Assembly (NCBI GenBank): GCA_022842945.1
Contig: JALHOO010000003.1
Span: forward strand, 14,458 to 78,457
DNA from: Minisyncoccota bacterium
GTDB lineage: Bacteria; Patescibacteriota; Minisyncoccia; Phycocordibacterales; Phycocordibacteraceae
Length of the DNA: 64,000 nt
Direction: 5' to 3'
In this document: piece after piece, positions 1 through 9,996 of the stretch
Layout: each line of letters opens with the position of its first letter
How positions within the stretch are numbered: the first letter of the stretch is position 1
Translations under genes and position numbers: made by a program
The notes under the pieces: generated by a model
Seen by the model: only the letters and a program-made list of their open reading frames with translations
What the model was told of the DNA's origin: nothing
Databases searched by the model: none

Positions 1-1203
1 ATCTCAGCGTCCATGTCATCGAACTCGATGGTAGACGCGTTTACGTCTCCCTGGAACTTGTCACGACCAATCTCAAGGGTTGCGCGGCGGATAACATCCG
101 ATGCGTCAACACCCATGTTCATGTCCGTAACATCGATAGTGAGGTCTGTGAGGAGCGAGTCAACGTCGTCACGGTTCTCAAGATCGAACACGAAGACATC
201 GTACTCGCCAGACTCGCGGTCCTCGTCAGCAACGAGAATCGATGCATCTGGGTTGTCAGAGTTTGTAGAGATGCGGAGGTCGCCGTTCTCCTCAGCGTCG
301 AAGCCGAAGGATACGGTCTCAGAGTCCTCACCCACATACTGCTGGATACCCTTAGCGTCAACAGCGCGGATGCCGCGGTCGTCAATGCTGAAGACGAAGG
401 TCTGAGCCATGTCAGCTGAGTCGATGTTTCCAGCGATGTCTGCAACAAGTGTGAGCTCAGCAGCGTCGTTCTCGCGAACGATGTGCTTCAGGCCTGTGAG
501 GGAGAGGCGGTAGCTGTCTCCAGAGCGGCTCCAGTCAGAACGAGAATCTACGTCCTTGTCCGCTACCTCCTTGCCGTCTGCAAGAATGGCGATGCGGTCA
601 AAGTAGCGCCAAGGCTGCGTGTTAAGGGATCCGTTCGATCCTTCAACACGGAGGTCAAGGCGCTCAACGCGGATGTCTCCACCGTCAACGTCGAACTCAA
701 CGGTTGCGACCTCAACCTCCTTGTCACCCTCGTTACCTGAGGACTGCTCGCGAACAAGATCGAAGTTGGAGAGGCGAGCCTCATCACCGTCGAGTTCGTT
801 CGAGCCGTTGCCTGGGTTCGTTGGTGTTCCAGGAACGATAACAATTGCCTGGTTCACGTGTGCACGAGTCACTGGGCCGAAGTAGCCTACTGCAGGTGCG
901 ATAGCATTCGCTGCCTGGTAGCGAGCGAGCGCTGCCTGTGTCTGGGCACCGAAGTAGCCAGTTGCACCAGCGGGGATAGCGTGTCCCTTACTAATAAGCC
1001 AGTTCTGAAGTGCTGTAACGTCAGCACCGGTAGAACCGATCGTCATATCGCGATAGAACGCGGTAACCGCAGTAGCAGTCTGGATGGTCGTTGTCTGGGC
1101 ACGAGCCTGTGGGGCAAGTACGGCGACAGACGAAGCCACGAGACCTACAACCGCAAGTACCGCGAAAAGCTTCGCGACGAGTGTGTTGTTCGTAGTAGTC
1201 ATA
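1..1203 (-). CDS. Secreted protein with peptidoglycan-binding-like domain (PG_binding_1-type). Start codon at 1203; the 3' end runs past the window edge (partial)
   Basis: Manual translation of the minus strand from ATG at 1201-1203 gives MTTTNNTLVAKLFAVLAVVGLVASSVAVLAPQARAQ (signal peptide), then GSTGADVTALQNWLISKGHAIPAGATGYFGAQTQAALARYQAANAI, which resembles peptidoglycan-binding domain repeats. The open frame continues to position 1. It is absent from the ORF track because the stop lies outside the window. Confidence 0.6.
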
Positions 1204-1373
1204 ATGCCAATAAGGGTATTACTTGATAGGATGCTTGGTAATGCACGGTTTTAGCGATATTTTAGTCCCGCAAGGCAAAGCGTGCGCTACCGGGGACATA
1301 TATAGGACAGGCCAGGCTCCAGAACCTTACAGGTTCGGGTCTGTAACACTTTGCTCGTTCATCTGTCCTACAT

Positions 1374-1874
1374 ATGGGTAAGATCACTGAAACAGCCTTC
1401 ATCAAGGCATATGACGAGTATGCGGACGAGATTTTTCGCTTCTGCGCCTTCAAGCTCTTTGATCGCGAGAAGGCACAGGACGTTATGCAGGACAGCTTCA
1501 TGAGAACCTGGGCCTATGTGGCTGCTGGGAATGAGATTGAGAACCTGCGCGCCTTTCTGTATAAGACTGCTCGCAATCTCTGTGTGAATGAGATGGTACG
1601 CGGGAAGACCTACTCGCTCGACGAGATGCAGGAGGTGGTAGGCTTTGATCCTGAGGACTCTCAATTGGAGAGTCCAGAGGACATTGCTGAGGCTTCGATG
1701 CTCATGCAGAATATCGCAACCCTCGACGACGCCTTTCAAGAAGTCCTTACGCTCCGCTATATGAACGGTCTTGCCGTGAATGAGATTGGGGAGATACTAG
1801 GAGAAGCCCCCAACACGGTCTCGGTCCGCATCCACCGAGCCATTCAGGAACTGAAGAAACGGATGCATCTATAG
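1374..1874 (+). CDS. ECF-type RNA polymerase sigma-70 family sigma factor
   Basis: 166 aa. The region 2-like stretch FMRTWAYVAAGNEIENLRAFLYKTARNLCVNEM and the region 4 HTH stretch LRYMNGLAVNEIGEILGEAPNTVSVRIHRAIQELKK match the family. Confidence 0.8.
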   Translation: MGKITETAFIKAYDEYADEIFRFCAFKLFDREKAQDVMQDSFMRTWAYVAAGNEIENLRAFLYKTARNLCVNEMVRGKTYSLDEMQEVVGFDPEDSQLESPEDIAEASMLMQNIATLDDAFQEVLTLRYMNGLAVNEIGEILGEAPNTVSVRIHRAIQELKKRMHL

Positions 1875-1877
1875 CCT

Positions 1878-2852
1878 ATGAACACCAACGAACCTATTGA
1901 GAAGAACCTCACCCGTCTTGCAGAGACGGTGTCGTTGCGTGTGTCTGAAAAGGCTGAGGGCCTGGAGACTCTAAAGGCCTACATGGCACAGACGCGTGTG
2001 CCGGTGCGTTCTCCATTCGCGTGGCTGCATGCTCCGAGCATGCGGTACATGAGCGCGTTCATGCTGTTTGTTGTGGTGAGTGGTACGGGTGCGGTGTCAG
2101 TTGCAGAGGCGTCTCGTCCGGGAGACCCTCTATATGGAGTAAAGCTTCGGGTAACAGAGCCAGCGCGGTCGGCACTTATATTTGATAAAGAAGAGAAAAC
2201 AAAGTTTGAGATCGAACGAGTAGACCGCCGTCTTAAGGAGTTCTCCCTAGCAACCCTAAAGAGTCCCGACAAGGAAACAACCGCCCTTATTAAGGAGTCT
2301 CTCGCAGAGAGTATTGAGCAGGTGTCTAAAGACGTGTCAGAACTCTCAGCGTCAGGAGAGGCTGATAAGGCACTTAACGCAAACACAGACATCAAGTCAG
2401 TGCTTTCAGCACACAGCCTTGTGCTGAGAGAGGTATCAGAACGCAATCCATCGTCTGCAGAAGATATTGCGTCCATAGCGCTTTCGGTTGATTCAGGTAT
2501 CGCGGCGTCTGAAAACGTAGAGCAGGGTATAGAAGACGCTCTCGATTCTTCTCTTGAGGACGGCTCCGCTGTTGAGGAGCAGGAAGCAGAGACTGAAGGC
2601 TCTCTCACGGGTGTCTTTAGTCAGTTGCTTGAAGAGGCGGCAAGTATTGACGTCGAGGATCGCGCTGAGATTGATGAGTCTCTCACCTACATATACGAAA
2701 CCATTGCAGAAGCACGAGACGCACGAGACGAAGGGTCCCGCAAGGAGGCATATCTGTTATACCTCGAAGCAAAGGAACAGCTTGATAGCCTTATAACCCT
2801 CGTTGAGGCGGACCGCGATCTCGGTATTGGTGTTATTGGTTCAGACAACTAA
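1878..2852 (+). CDS. Putative anti-sigma factor / single-pass membrane protein with acidic C-terminal extracytoplasmic domain
   Basis: It starts 4 nt after the sigma factor stop. It has a ~55-aa N-terminal cytoplasmic part, one TM helix (YMSAFMLFVVVSGTGAVSV) and a long D/E-rich C-terminal region. The assignment rests only on this gene position and architecture. Confidence 0.45.
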   Translation: MNTNEPIEKNLTRLAETVSLRVSEKAEGLETLKAYMAQTRVPVRSPFAWLHAPSMRYMSAFMLFVVVSGTGAVSVAEASRPGDPLYGVKLRVTEPARSALIFDKEEKTKFEIERVDRRLKEFSLATLKSPDKETTALIKESLAESIEQVSKDVSELSASGEADKALNANTDIKSVLSAHSLVLREVSERNPSSAEDIASIALSVDSGIAASENVEQGIEDALDSSLEDGSAVEEQEAETEGSLTGVFSQLLEEAASIDVEDRAEIDESLTYIYETIAEARDARDEGSRKEAYLLYLEAKEQLDSLITLVEADRDLGIGVIGSDN

Positions 2853-3487
2853 GAAGACTTCTGTGCTCTGTGCTTGAGGTAGAGATAGGCAAGGATGCCA
2901 AGGGTTATACATACAAGGAGTCCAAGAAGGAGTGTCTCAATGGTCTTGAAACGTGCAAGGAGCATGCCGGCAACCTCAAGTCCTGCGTACCCTGCATAGA
3001 GGAAGAATGCATCGCGCACAATAGAGCCAATGAAGGTAGAGAATATAAAGAGGCGGAGGGGTATCTTGAGTACGCCGCTTCCGGCACTTATAACGGCACT
3101 TGGCACAAACGGCAGCATGCGAAGCACTGTAAGGAGAACATAGTCTTTCCAGCCGTTCCCAAGGCGCTGTCCGAACGATTCTATCTGCGCATGCGTAACG
3201 CCTATAAGGGAACCAAGACGTCCTGCAAGAATATCCTCTGCCTTGTCTGCGATGACATACACGACGAGTGCGCCCAGGAGCTTTCCGAAAGCCGCAACTA
3301 CCGCGAGGCCAAAGAGCATGAGAAGGGTATATCCCTGTACCTGTGCCAAAGAGCCCATCACCAGCATCACAGGTCCAGACGGAATAGGAGCGATAATCTC
3401 CTCTACAAAGGAAGAGACTGCCGCAAAGACGGGAAGGGGGAGGATATCAGCGAGAGAGATAACCAGTTCTTCAAGGGCGTGCAACAT
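2849..3487 (-). CDS. DedA/SNARE-associated (TVP38/TMEM64-like) family membrane protein
   Basis: Multi-TM protein containing the DedA-type core GSLAQVQGYTLLMLFGLAVVAAFGKLLGALVVYVIADKAEDILAGRLG and FVPSAVISAGSGVLKIPL. An alternative start exists at 3505. Confidence 0.7.
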   Translation of the reverse strand: MLHALEELVISLADILPLPVFAAVSSFVEEIIAPIPSGPVMLVMGSLAQVQGYTLLMLFGLAVVAAFGKLLGALVVYVIADKAEDILAGRLGSLIGVTHAQIESFGQRLGNGWKDYVLLTVLRMLPFVPSAVISAGSGVLKIPLRLFIFSTFIGSIVRDAFFLYAGYAGLEVAGMLLARFKTIETLLLGLLVCITLGILAYLYLKHRAQKSS

Positions 3488-3540
3488 GTTCCTTAGGTAT
3501 ACCACATGAAGTAGGGGTATCTGCCTGGTACACTATTTGT

Positions 3541-4326
3541 ATGGATATCTTTCTAACCGCGCTTCTGTTTCTGTTCGTATACATGTGTGTGGCATTCGTT
3601 ATATCGCTTATTCGCAAGGACAATGGAACGGCAGACATTGCGTACGGGTGGGGATTTGTATTGGTTGCGTGGACAACGTACCTGCTCGGGAACCCGGGAC
3701 TCGTGGCATTCTTTGCGAGTGTATGTGCAACCATATGGGCAGCACGTCTCTCCATACGCATTTACCTTCGTAACATTGGCAAGCCTGAAGACTTTAGATA
3801 CAAGGAGTGGCGCGAGGCATGGGGGAAGACGTTTGTTCTGCGAAGCTTCCTGCAGGTCTATGTTCTGCAGGGCGCTATTATCTTCCTTGTTGCGCTCCCG
3901 CTCTCGCTTCTGAACGTGTACGGTCCAGGTTCTGCTGTGCCTACGCTCGCGCTTGTTGGGTTCGGGTTGTGGATCATAGGATTCTTCTTTGAGGCGGTGG
4001 GGGACTTCCAGCTGGCTCAATTTTTAAGGAACCCAGAGAGCAAAGGCGCGGTTATGGACAAGGGTCTGTGGCGCTACACCAGACACCCGAACTATTTCGG
4101 CGAGTCACTCATGTGGTGGGGTCTTGGACTCGCAGCGGCCTCAACACTCCTTCCGTTCATTGGTCTAGGAGCACTTGCGGCCTTCATAAGTCCAATCCTT
4201 ATCACGTTCCTGCTTCTTAAGGTCTCAGGCGTGCCTATGCTTGAGAAGCGGTTCGAAGGGAAGCCTGCGTGGGAGGCATACAAGAAAAGGACGAGTGTCT
4301 TCTTTCCGTTGCCGCCGCGCGCGTAA
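3541..4326 (+). CDS. DUF1295 / steroid 5-alpha-reductase / isoprenylcysteine carboxyl-methyltransferase-like membrane protein
   Basis: Polytopic membrane protein with the C-terminal motif WRYTRHPNYFGESLMWWG that is typical of this family. Confidence 0.6.
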   Translation: MDIFLTALLFLFVYMCVAFVISLIRKDNGTADIAYGWGFVLVAWTTYLLGNPGLVAFFASVCATIWAARLSIRIYLRNIGKPEDFRYKEWREAWGKTFVLRSFLQVYVLQGAIIFLVALPLSLLNVYGPGSAVPTLALVGFGLWIIGFFFEAVGDFQLAQFLRNPESKGAVMDKGLWRYTRHPNYFGESLMWWGLGLAAASTLLPFIGLGALAAFISPILITFLLLKVSGVPMLEKRFEGKPAWEAYKKRTSVFFPLPPRA

Positions 4327-4333
4327 CAAAAGC

Positions 4334-5686
4334 ATGCTCGTCCCTTCTGACGCAAAAACACTTCCACGCTTCAGTATTCCGGTACTGATTGCGGTACTTG
4401 GCGTACTTATCCTTGGGGTAGCATCCTCAATATACGTGTATCAGAAGGTTGACGAGTCTGGACGTAGCTCGGTACTTCAGCGAACCCAGACCTTTGCTGC
4501 GGGTGTGCCTGCTCTTGAGCTCGAGCGTCTCCAGGGAACAGAAGAGGATTCGGGTACGCCGGAATACGAGACAATCAAGACATACTTGACCGTTATGCGC
4601 TCGGTTAATGCTGATGCGCGCTTCCTGTATATCATCGGACAGAGAGAGGAGGGGCTCTTCTTCTATGCAGACTCTGAACCTGCGGAGTCTCCTGACTATT
4701 CACCCCCAGGCCAAATCTACTACGAAGCCACGCCTGCGATGTTCGCGGTCTTTGCAGATGGGCAACGGCATACTGAAGGACCCGACCAGGACCGTTGGGG
4801 GCTTTGGATATCTGGGTATACACCTATAACTGACGACGCTGGAAACGTTGTGGCGCTCCTTGGAATGGACCTGCCTGCCAACGAGTACCTAACCGATCTT
4901 GCCACCTACTCCTCCCTCCCTCTTCTGGTAGCGGTGGCGCTTGTCTGCATCCTCCTTATACTTGAACAGACACGTAGGAAAGAACGGGCCTATGTTGAAC
5001 AAAAGACAGAGTTCCTTTCCATTGCGTCACATGAGATACGTACACCGCTCACGGGTATACGTTGGGCGGTTGAGGGCTTGTTGAAGCGCCAGAACCCACC
5101 ACTTGATCCAAAGTCCCGTGTGATACTCTCGCTCGTGCACGAGAGCTGTCTTGGTCTCGTGGGAAGGGTAAACAACCTCCTTGATCTTTCGGGTCTCGAA
5201 GGAAAGACTCAAGTGCTGCGTATGGAATCCATTTCCATGCGCTCGTTCCTTGAGGACATTGTAGACAGTCTACTGCTTTCGGCACGCCAACGAAATGTAA
5301 CGCTACACATCGACGTCTCTGTATCAGAGGATTTGGTTGTTACGGGAGACCGACAAATACTGCACCATGCGTTCTTCAATCTTCTAACGAACGGCATTAA
5401 GTACACGCATGAAGGTACGAGAGTATCTATTTCATACGCAGCGGAGCAGGGCATGCACGCGTTTAGTGTGTCGGACGCCGGAGACGGTATCGCGCAAAGC
5501 GAACAAACCACTATATTTACTGGATATCATCGTACCCGTGAGGCGATACGATCCGGCCAGTACGGTACGGGACTCGGTCTTTACTTGGTTAAGAAAGCTA
5601 CAGAGCTGCACAACGGATCCGTGCGGGTTCAGTCTACGCCCGGGAACGGTGCCACCTTTACGGTGCGCATTCCCTCGAGTACCTAA
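4334..5686 (+). CDS. Sensor histidine kinase (two TM helices flanking an extracytoplasmic sensor domain, then HisKA and HATPase_c)
   Basis: The H-box FLSIASHEIRTPLTGIRWAVEGL and the N, G1 and G2 boxes (NLLTNGIKYT, DAGDGI, GTGLGLYLV) are present. The ATG at 4334 is chosen so that it does not overlap the upstream gene. Confidence 0.8.
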   Translation: MLVPSDAKTLPRFSIPVLIAVLGVLILGVASSIYVYQKVDESGRSSVLQRTQTFAAGVPALELERLQGTEEDSGTPEYETIKTYLTVMRSVNADARFLYIIGQREEGLFFYADSEPAESPDYSPPGQIYYEATPAMFAVFADGQRHTEGPDQDRWGLWISGYTPITDDAGNVVALLGMDLPANEYLTDLATYSSLPLLVAVALVCILLILEQTRRKERAYVEQKTEFLSIASHEIRTPLTGIRWAVEGLLKRQNPPLDPKSRVILSLVHESCLGLVGRVNNLLDLSGLEGKTQVLRMESISMRSFLEDIVDSLLLSARQRNVTLHIDVSVSEDLVVTGDRQILHHAFFNLLTNGIKYTHEGTRVSISYAAEQGMHAFSVSDAGDGIAQSEQTTIFTGYHRTREAIRSGQYGTGLGLYLVKKATELHNGSVRVQSTPGNGATFTVRIPSST

Positions 5687-6069
5687 ACTTTGCTGATGTG
5701 CTCTTCAACGAGCGCAACCACGCTATCTATCTGGCGGTCTGACTTAAGGAGGTACGCAACCGCACCAAGCTCCATAGCGCGTGATACGTAGTCCATATCA
5801 TTTGCGTTGCTGAGTACAATGAAGGGTACTTTGGTCTCAGGGAATGCAGCACGGATTTCCTGAAGCATTTCAACACCATCCTTTACGGGCATCATCACAT
5901 CCATAATTACGGCGTCTGGCTGTTCTGAAGTAAACTGTTCAACCCCTTTAGCGCCGTCGGTTGCGGTTGTTACAACATAACCAGCGTCCTCGAACTGGTG
6001 GGTTAGGGTAACGAGGAGGAGGTTGTCGTCTTCAACGATAAGTACGTTCTTTTTGTGTGCCGAGGTCAT
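5683..6069 (-). CDS. Stand-alone receiver-domain response regulator (CheY-like, no output domain)
   Basis: KKNVLIVEDDNLLLVTLTHQFEDAGYVVTTATDGAKGVEQFTSEQPDAVIMDVMMPVKDG shows the conserved DD, D and K receiver positions. Start is set at MTSAHKK (ATG at 6069) rather than the long upstream extension. The gene is convergent with the HK gene and its 3' end overlaps it. Confidence 0.75.
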   Translation of the reverse strand: MTSAHKKNVLIVEDDNLLLVTLTHQFEDAGYVVTTATDGAKGVEQFTSEQPDAVIMDVMMPVKDGVEMLQEIRAAFPETKVPFIVLSNANDMDYVSRAMELGAVAYLLKSDRQIDSVVALVEEHISKV

Positions 6070-6170
6070 AGGTCTTAGTGTAGCAGAGTGTTCATAAAGT
6101 CTTAATAAAAGGTGTGAGAAGATAGGTCTCACACGGTTTTGTAACCGCTTAATTCCTATACCCAAACTGT

Positions 6171-6839
6171 ATGAAGCCATACGCACCTCTTGCTCTCCTA
6201 TTCGCACTAAGTCTTGCAGGAGGCGTTGAGGCACAAGTGCTCGACACAGGACTTGACGCCACTCTTACAGGAGGCTCTTCAGAAGCGGTACTTGATGCTT
6301 CTCTCAGCACCAACGCAAGCGTGAATGAAGAAGACACTGCAGAGAGTGCGCTCGATATTTCCTTCACCCGCACGTCTATTGAAGAAGGTACTACCTATAG
6401 CGTAACGGAGTCTGGACGTGTCCGTTCAGTCTCTGGACTTGAGTCCTATTTGGGTGCGTCTGTGCAGAACGATGAGCGTCTCACGTCTGTTGCTATTAGT
6501 GACAACCGTATGGATCTTACCTACAAGCGAGATGGCCGTCTTCTATGGATTGTTCCTATACAGATGGGTACCCGTGTTTCCGTCGATGCCGAAGGGGAGG
6601 TGTCCGTGAGGTATCCCTGGTATTCCTTTCTTGTAGCAACCGACGAGAGTAGGGTAGACCTTGAAGCTAGGCTTAGAGGCGAGGTGAATGCGGTTGAAGC
6701 AGGCCTCGCGGCAAACGCTGAGGCCACGCGTTCAGGTACGAGCCAGACGGGTATTCAGGTTGGTACTGATGAGGTGCGTCGCTGGGCCCGCATTCTTGAT
6801 CGTCTGCATGCAGAACTCTCTGCGGAGGTAACTGCGTAA
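6171..6839 (+). CDS. Secreted hypothetical protein
   Basis: Signal peptide MKPYAPLALLFALSLAGGVEAQ. No recognised domain. Confidence 0.5.
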   Translation: MKPYAPLALLFALSLAGGVEAQVLDTGLDATLTGGSSEAVLDASLSTNASVNEEDTAESALDISFTRTSIEEGTTYSVTESGRVRSVSGLESYLGASVQNDERLTSVAISDNRMDLTYKRDGRLLWIVPIQMGTRVSVDAEGEVSVRYPWYSFLVATDESRVDLEARLRGEVNAVEAGLAANAEATRSGTSQTGIQVGTDEVRRWARILDRLHAELSAEVTA

Positions 6840-6883
6840 GCAATATGTTTGAACATAAAAGGGCCCGCTTGGGGCCCTTTTGC

Positions 6884-9800
6884 TTATCCTTCCTTTGCGT
6901 AGCGCGCACGCACTTCTTTTCCTGGCCAGCGATGGTAGAGAACCGGTACGAGTACCAAGGTCAGAATCATAGACCAGGCAAGACCAAACATAATAGAGAA
7001 GGCGAGGGGTCCCCATATGCCCGCTGCAAGCGAGAGTGGCACCATACCAATAACGGTTGTAATTGTGGTAAGCACAATAGGACGGAAGCGAGAGGATGCT
7101 GCTTCAACAACTACGTCCGTAAGACTCTTCGTGTCGTGCTCTTTTCCAATACGTGCCACGGAATCCATGAGGATAATGGCGTGATTAATAATCACCCCTG
7201 CCAGCGCAATAACGCCAAGCATAGATGGGAAGGAAAGCGGCGAGCCGGTAATAAGGAGACCGAAGAACACCCCCACAAGTGAAAGCGGAATAATAGAGAG
7301 CAGATAGAGCGAATGGCGGAATGAGTTAAACTCAAGGACGAGAATAGCGAGCATGAGTGCTGCTCCTGCAAGGAGTGCAATACCCATCTCCGCAAAGGAT
7401 TGATTCACGTCCTCGCTCTCGCCTCCAATCTTCATGTTTACCCCTTCAGGAAGGGTGACGCTCTCCATCTTCTTCGTGAAGTCAGATGCAATCATGAGAG
7501 GATTGCCTCCGGCTTTGGCGTCTGCGGTAAGGGTGGCAATACGCGTCCCGTCCTCATGTCGAATAACTGCGTTTGCGGGTTCGTACGTAATGGTTGCAAT
7601 CAAAGAGAGAGGAATCGGTCCGTTCTTCCCTGGCACCGTAAGGCTACGCACGGCGTCGATGGTAGCGTTTGCGGTCTCGGAAGGGTCACGATATCCAGGG
7701 TTGAGGTCGAGCTTGGTGCGCACTTCAATGTCTGTTGCGCCGTCCCTAATATCGGTTGCCTTAACGCCAAAGAGGGCACCACGAAGCGTCTCTGCAACCG
7801 TCAGAGGAGAGACGCCAAGTTCTGCAGCTCTCGCGGAATCAAGGCGCACCACGAACTCAGAGCCGTCGTCCTTCATAGAAGTGTCTATGTTTGTGGTACC
7901 AGCTACGTCAGAGAGTACGCGGGCACCTTGGTCTACTGCAGTACCAAGACTTGCAAGATCCTCACCCACAAACGTTACCGAGATTGCGGCACCTGTTGGA
8001 GGTCCTCCGGCAGGCTCAGACACAACGATGCGTGCGGAGGTTATCGCTGAGAGCTCTTCGCGCAGGCTCGTTACAATCTCGCCACTCATCTCCTTGCGGT
8101 CACTCGCAAGATTAACGGTTATATTTCCGATGTTGCTTCCGGACGCTCCGCTGCCGCTAAACGCGCTCCCCACACCAACGTCAGATACGAAGGACTCAAT
8201 GCGGCTGTCGCCATAGAGCATTTCTTCAACCTCGCGCACCGCGAGGTCCGTATCAGTTAGTGCGGTACCGAGCGGCTTCTCAATCTCGATGTAGACGAAG
8301 TCCATGTCTTCGGTTGGGAAGAACACCACCTTCACGAGTCCAACCATGGGAAGGAGTAGAGACAGGAAGAAGAGTCCTACCATCGTAAGGAGGAAGCGAT
8401 TCTCTTTCTTGCGGTTGCCGAGAATGCCTCGTAGGTACTTCTCGTACCATGCCTTTGCACGCTCGTTGTATCCTTCTTGCAAGAGCTCTATGCGGGATGG
8501 TTCTTTGCGGATGAGGTATATCGCGAGAAGCGGAACGAGACCGAGCGCTACGAAGATGGACGCAAGGAGTACGAAGATAACGGTGAAGGGAATTGAGGCG
8601 ATGAACTTGCCCACAATGCCTGAAAGGAAGAAGAGGGGAACGAATACCGCAACCGTAGTGAGGGTGCCGGCAATGAGCGGCCAGGCGTACTCTTGAATGG
8701 CCTGTATGGCAGCCTGACGCTTCCCGCCAGCGGTCATAAGACGGGTGTGAATCGCTTCCACCACCACGATGCCCGAGTCCACGAGAATACCAATGGCAAG
8801 AATAAGCGAGAACAGCGATATGAAGTTAATAGTGTTTCCAGACGCCGCAAGACCAATGAAGGCGATGAGGAAGGAAAGAGGAATGGATGCAGCAGCAACA
8901 AGTGACTCCCTCCAGCCAAGCGTAAGGAAGAGAAGAATCATAACGAGCACCACGGTCTCAAGTGCTACCTTCGATAGCTCTTTAAGATCGTGTGCGATAT
9001 CGTCGCCAGCATCGTACGTAATAACGGTCTTTGTTCCTGAGAGCGATGTCGTCTCTAGGCTCTCAAGGGTCTTCTTCACGTCGCTTCCGGTCTCTAGGAT
9101 GTTTCCGCCACGGCTTTTGAATACAGAAAGGGTAAGGGCGGGAACAGACGGTTCGCTCTCAACAGACACACGTGAATAGGTGGAGGGGTCTGCAAGACCG
9201 TCTACGACGTCCGCAACGTCCCCCACACGTAGGGCACTTCCTCCGGGGCCTGGGAGTGCGATGGCGCGTACCTGGTCGGTATCGGTTATGCCCGCCTCAA
9301 GGCGCACTGCGTAGCGAATACCGTCTACGGTTATGGAGCCGGCGGGGGACGCAACACCCGACGCACGAAGCGCGTTGGTTACGTCAGACATCGAGAGGCC
9401 GTACTGGCGAAGCTTTGCCTGCTCAACGATAACCTGCACCTCACGCGCACGAACACCCGACACGGATACTGAGGACACGCCACGAACGCGCTCAATCTCG
9501 TTAGCAACGGTCTCGCCAAGGGCCGTAAGCTCAGCAGGAGCGAGCTCGCCTGCGATAGAGATAATGAGGATGGGCTGATCAGCGAAGTTGATGTCGCTTA
9601 CGATTGGATCGTTCGCGGTCTCCGGGAGCTCGGGACGCACCGTGTCCACCTCGTCCTTCAGAAGCTGAATGGACTTATCAATGTCTGCGTTCGCATTGAA
9701 CTCAACACTCACCGACGACACGCCGTCGCCTGAGGTTGAGGTTACTTTTGAAACGCCCTCGATACCGAGTACACGGTCCTCAATCTTGTCTGTGATGAGA

Positions 9801-9985
9801 GACTCAACGTCTTCAGCAGACGCGCCGGGAAGTACGGTGGTAACCACACCAATAGGAATCTGTATCTCAGGCGATGACTCCTTCGGGATAACGGCAACAG
9901 CGTAGAGGCCACCGAGAATAAGCACGATTGAGAGAAGGATCGTGAAATGGTGCTTATCAATGAAGAACGTCCAGAATTTAGTCAT
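6884..9985 (-). CDS. RND superfamily efflux transporter permease (AcrB/HAE family)
   Basis: 1033 aa. N-terminal MTKFWTFFIDKHHFTILLSIVLILGGLYAVAVIPKESSPEIQIP followed by 12-TM architecture and two large periplasmic loops, characteristic of AcrB-type pumps. Confidence 0.85.
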   Translation of the reverse strand: MTKFWTFFIDKHHFTILLSIVLILGGLYAVAVIPKESSPEIQIPIGVVTTVLPGASAEDVESLITDKIEDRVLGIEGVSKVTSTSGDGVSSVSVEFNANADIDKSIQLLKDEVDTVRPELPETANDPIVSDINFADQPILIISIAGELAPAELTALGETVANEIERVRGVSSVSVSGVRAREVQVIVEQAKLRQYGLSMSDVTNALRASGVASPAGSITVDGIRYAVRLEAGITDTDQVRAIALPGPGGSALRVGDVADVVDGLADPSTYSRVSVESEPSVPALTLSVFKSRGGNILETGSDVKKTLESLETTSLSGTKTVITYDAGDDIAHDLKELSKVALETVVLVMILLFLTLGWRESLVAAASIPLSFLIAFIGLAASGNTINFISLFSLILAIGILVDSGIVVVEAIHTRLMTAGGKRQAAIQAIQEYAWPLIAGTLTTVAVFVPLFFLSGIVGKFIASIPFTVIFVLLASIFVALGLVPLLAIYLIRKEPSRIELLQEGYNERAKAWYEKYLRGILGNRKKENRFLLTMVGLFFLSLLLPMVGLVKVVFFPTEDMDFVYIEIEKPLGTALTDTDLAVREVEEMLYGDSRIESFVSDVGVGSAFSGSGASGSNIGNITVNLASDRKEMSGEIVTSLREELSAITSARIVVSEPAGGPPTGAAISVTFVGEDLASLGTAVDQGARVLSDVAGTTNIDTSMKDDGSEFVVRLDSARAAELGVSPLTVAETLRGALFGVKATDIRDGATDIEVRTKLDLNPGYRDPSETANATIDAVRSLTVPGKNGPIPLSLIATITYEPANAVIRHEDGTRIATLTADAKAGGNPLMIASDFTKKMESVTLPEGVNMKIGGESEDVNQSFAEMGIALLAGAALMLAILVLEFNSFRHSLYLLSIIPLSLVGVFFGLLITGSPLSFPSMLGVIALAGVIINHAIILMDSVARIGKEHDTKSLTDVVVEAASSRFRPIVLTTITTVIGMVPLSLAAGIWGPLAFSIMFGLAWSMILTLVLVPVLYHRWPGKEVRARYAKEG

Positions 9986-9996
9986 GAGTTCTGAGG

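Noticed and set aside
7434-8216. Long antisense ORFs inside the RND permease gene (7400-8050, 7434-8216) and inside the adaptor gene (10004-10507)
   Set aside because: They lie opposite a well-supported 1033-aa and a 518-aa CDS, have low-complexity composition (S/T/R/A-rich), and have no motifs. They are typical GC-driven antisense artefacts. The same applies to 1979-2608(-), 13036-13584(-), 13566-14075(-), 16046-16516(-), 19821-20414(-), 39113-39538(+), 41155-41832(+), 44362-45246(-) and 62394-63185(+).
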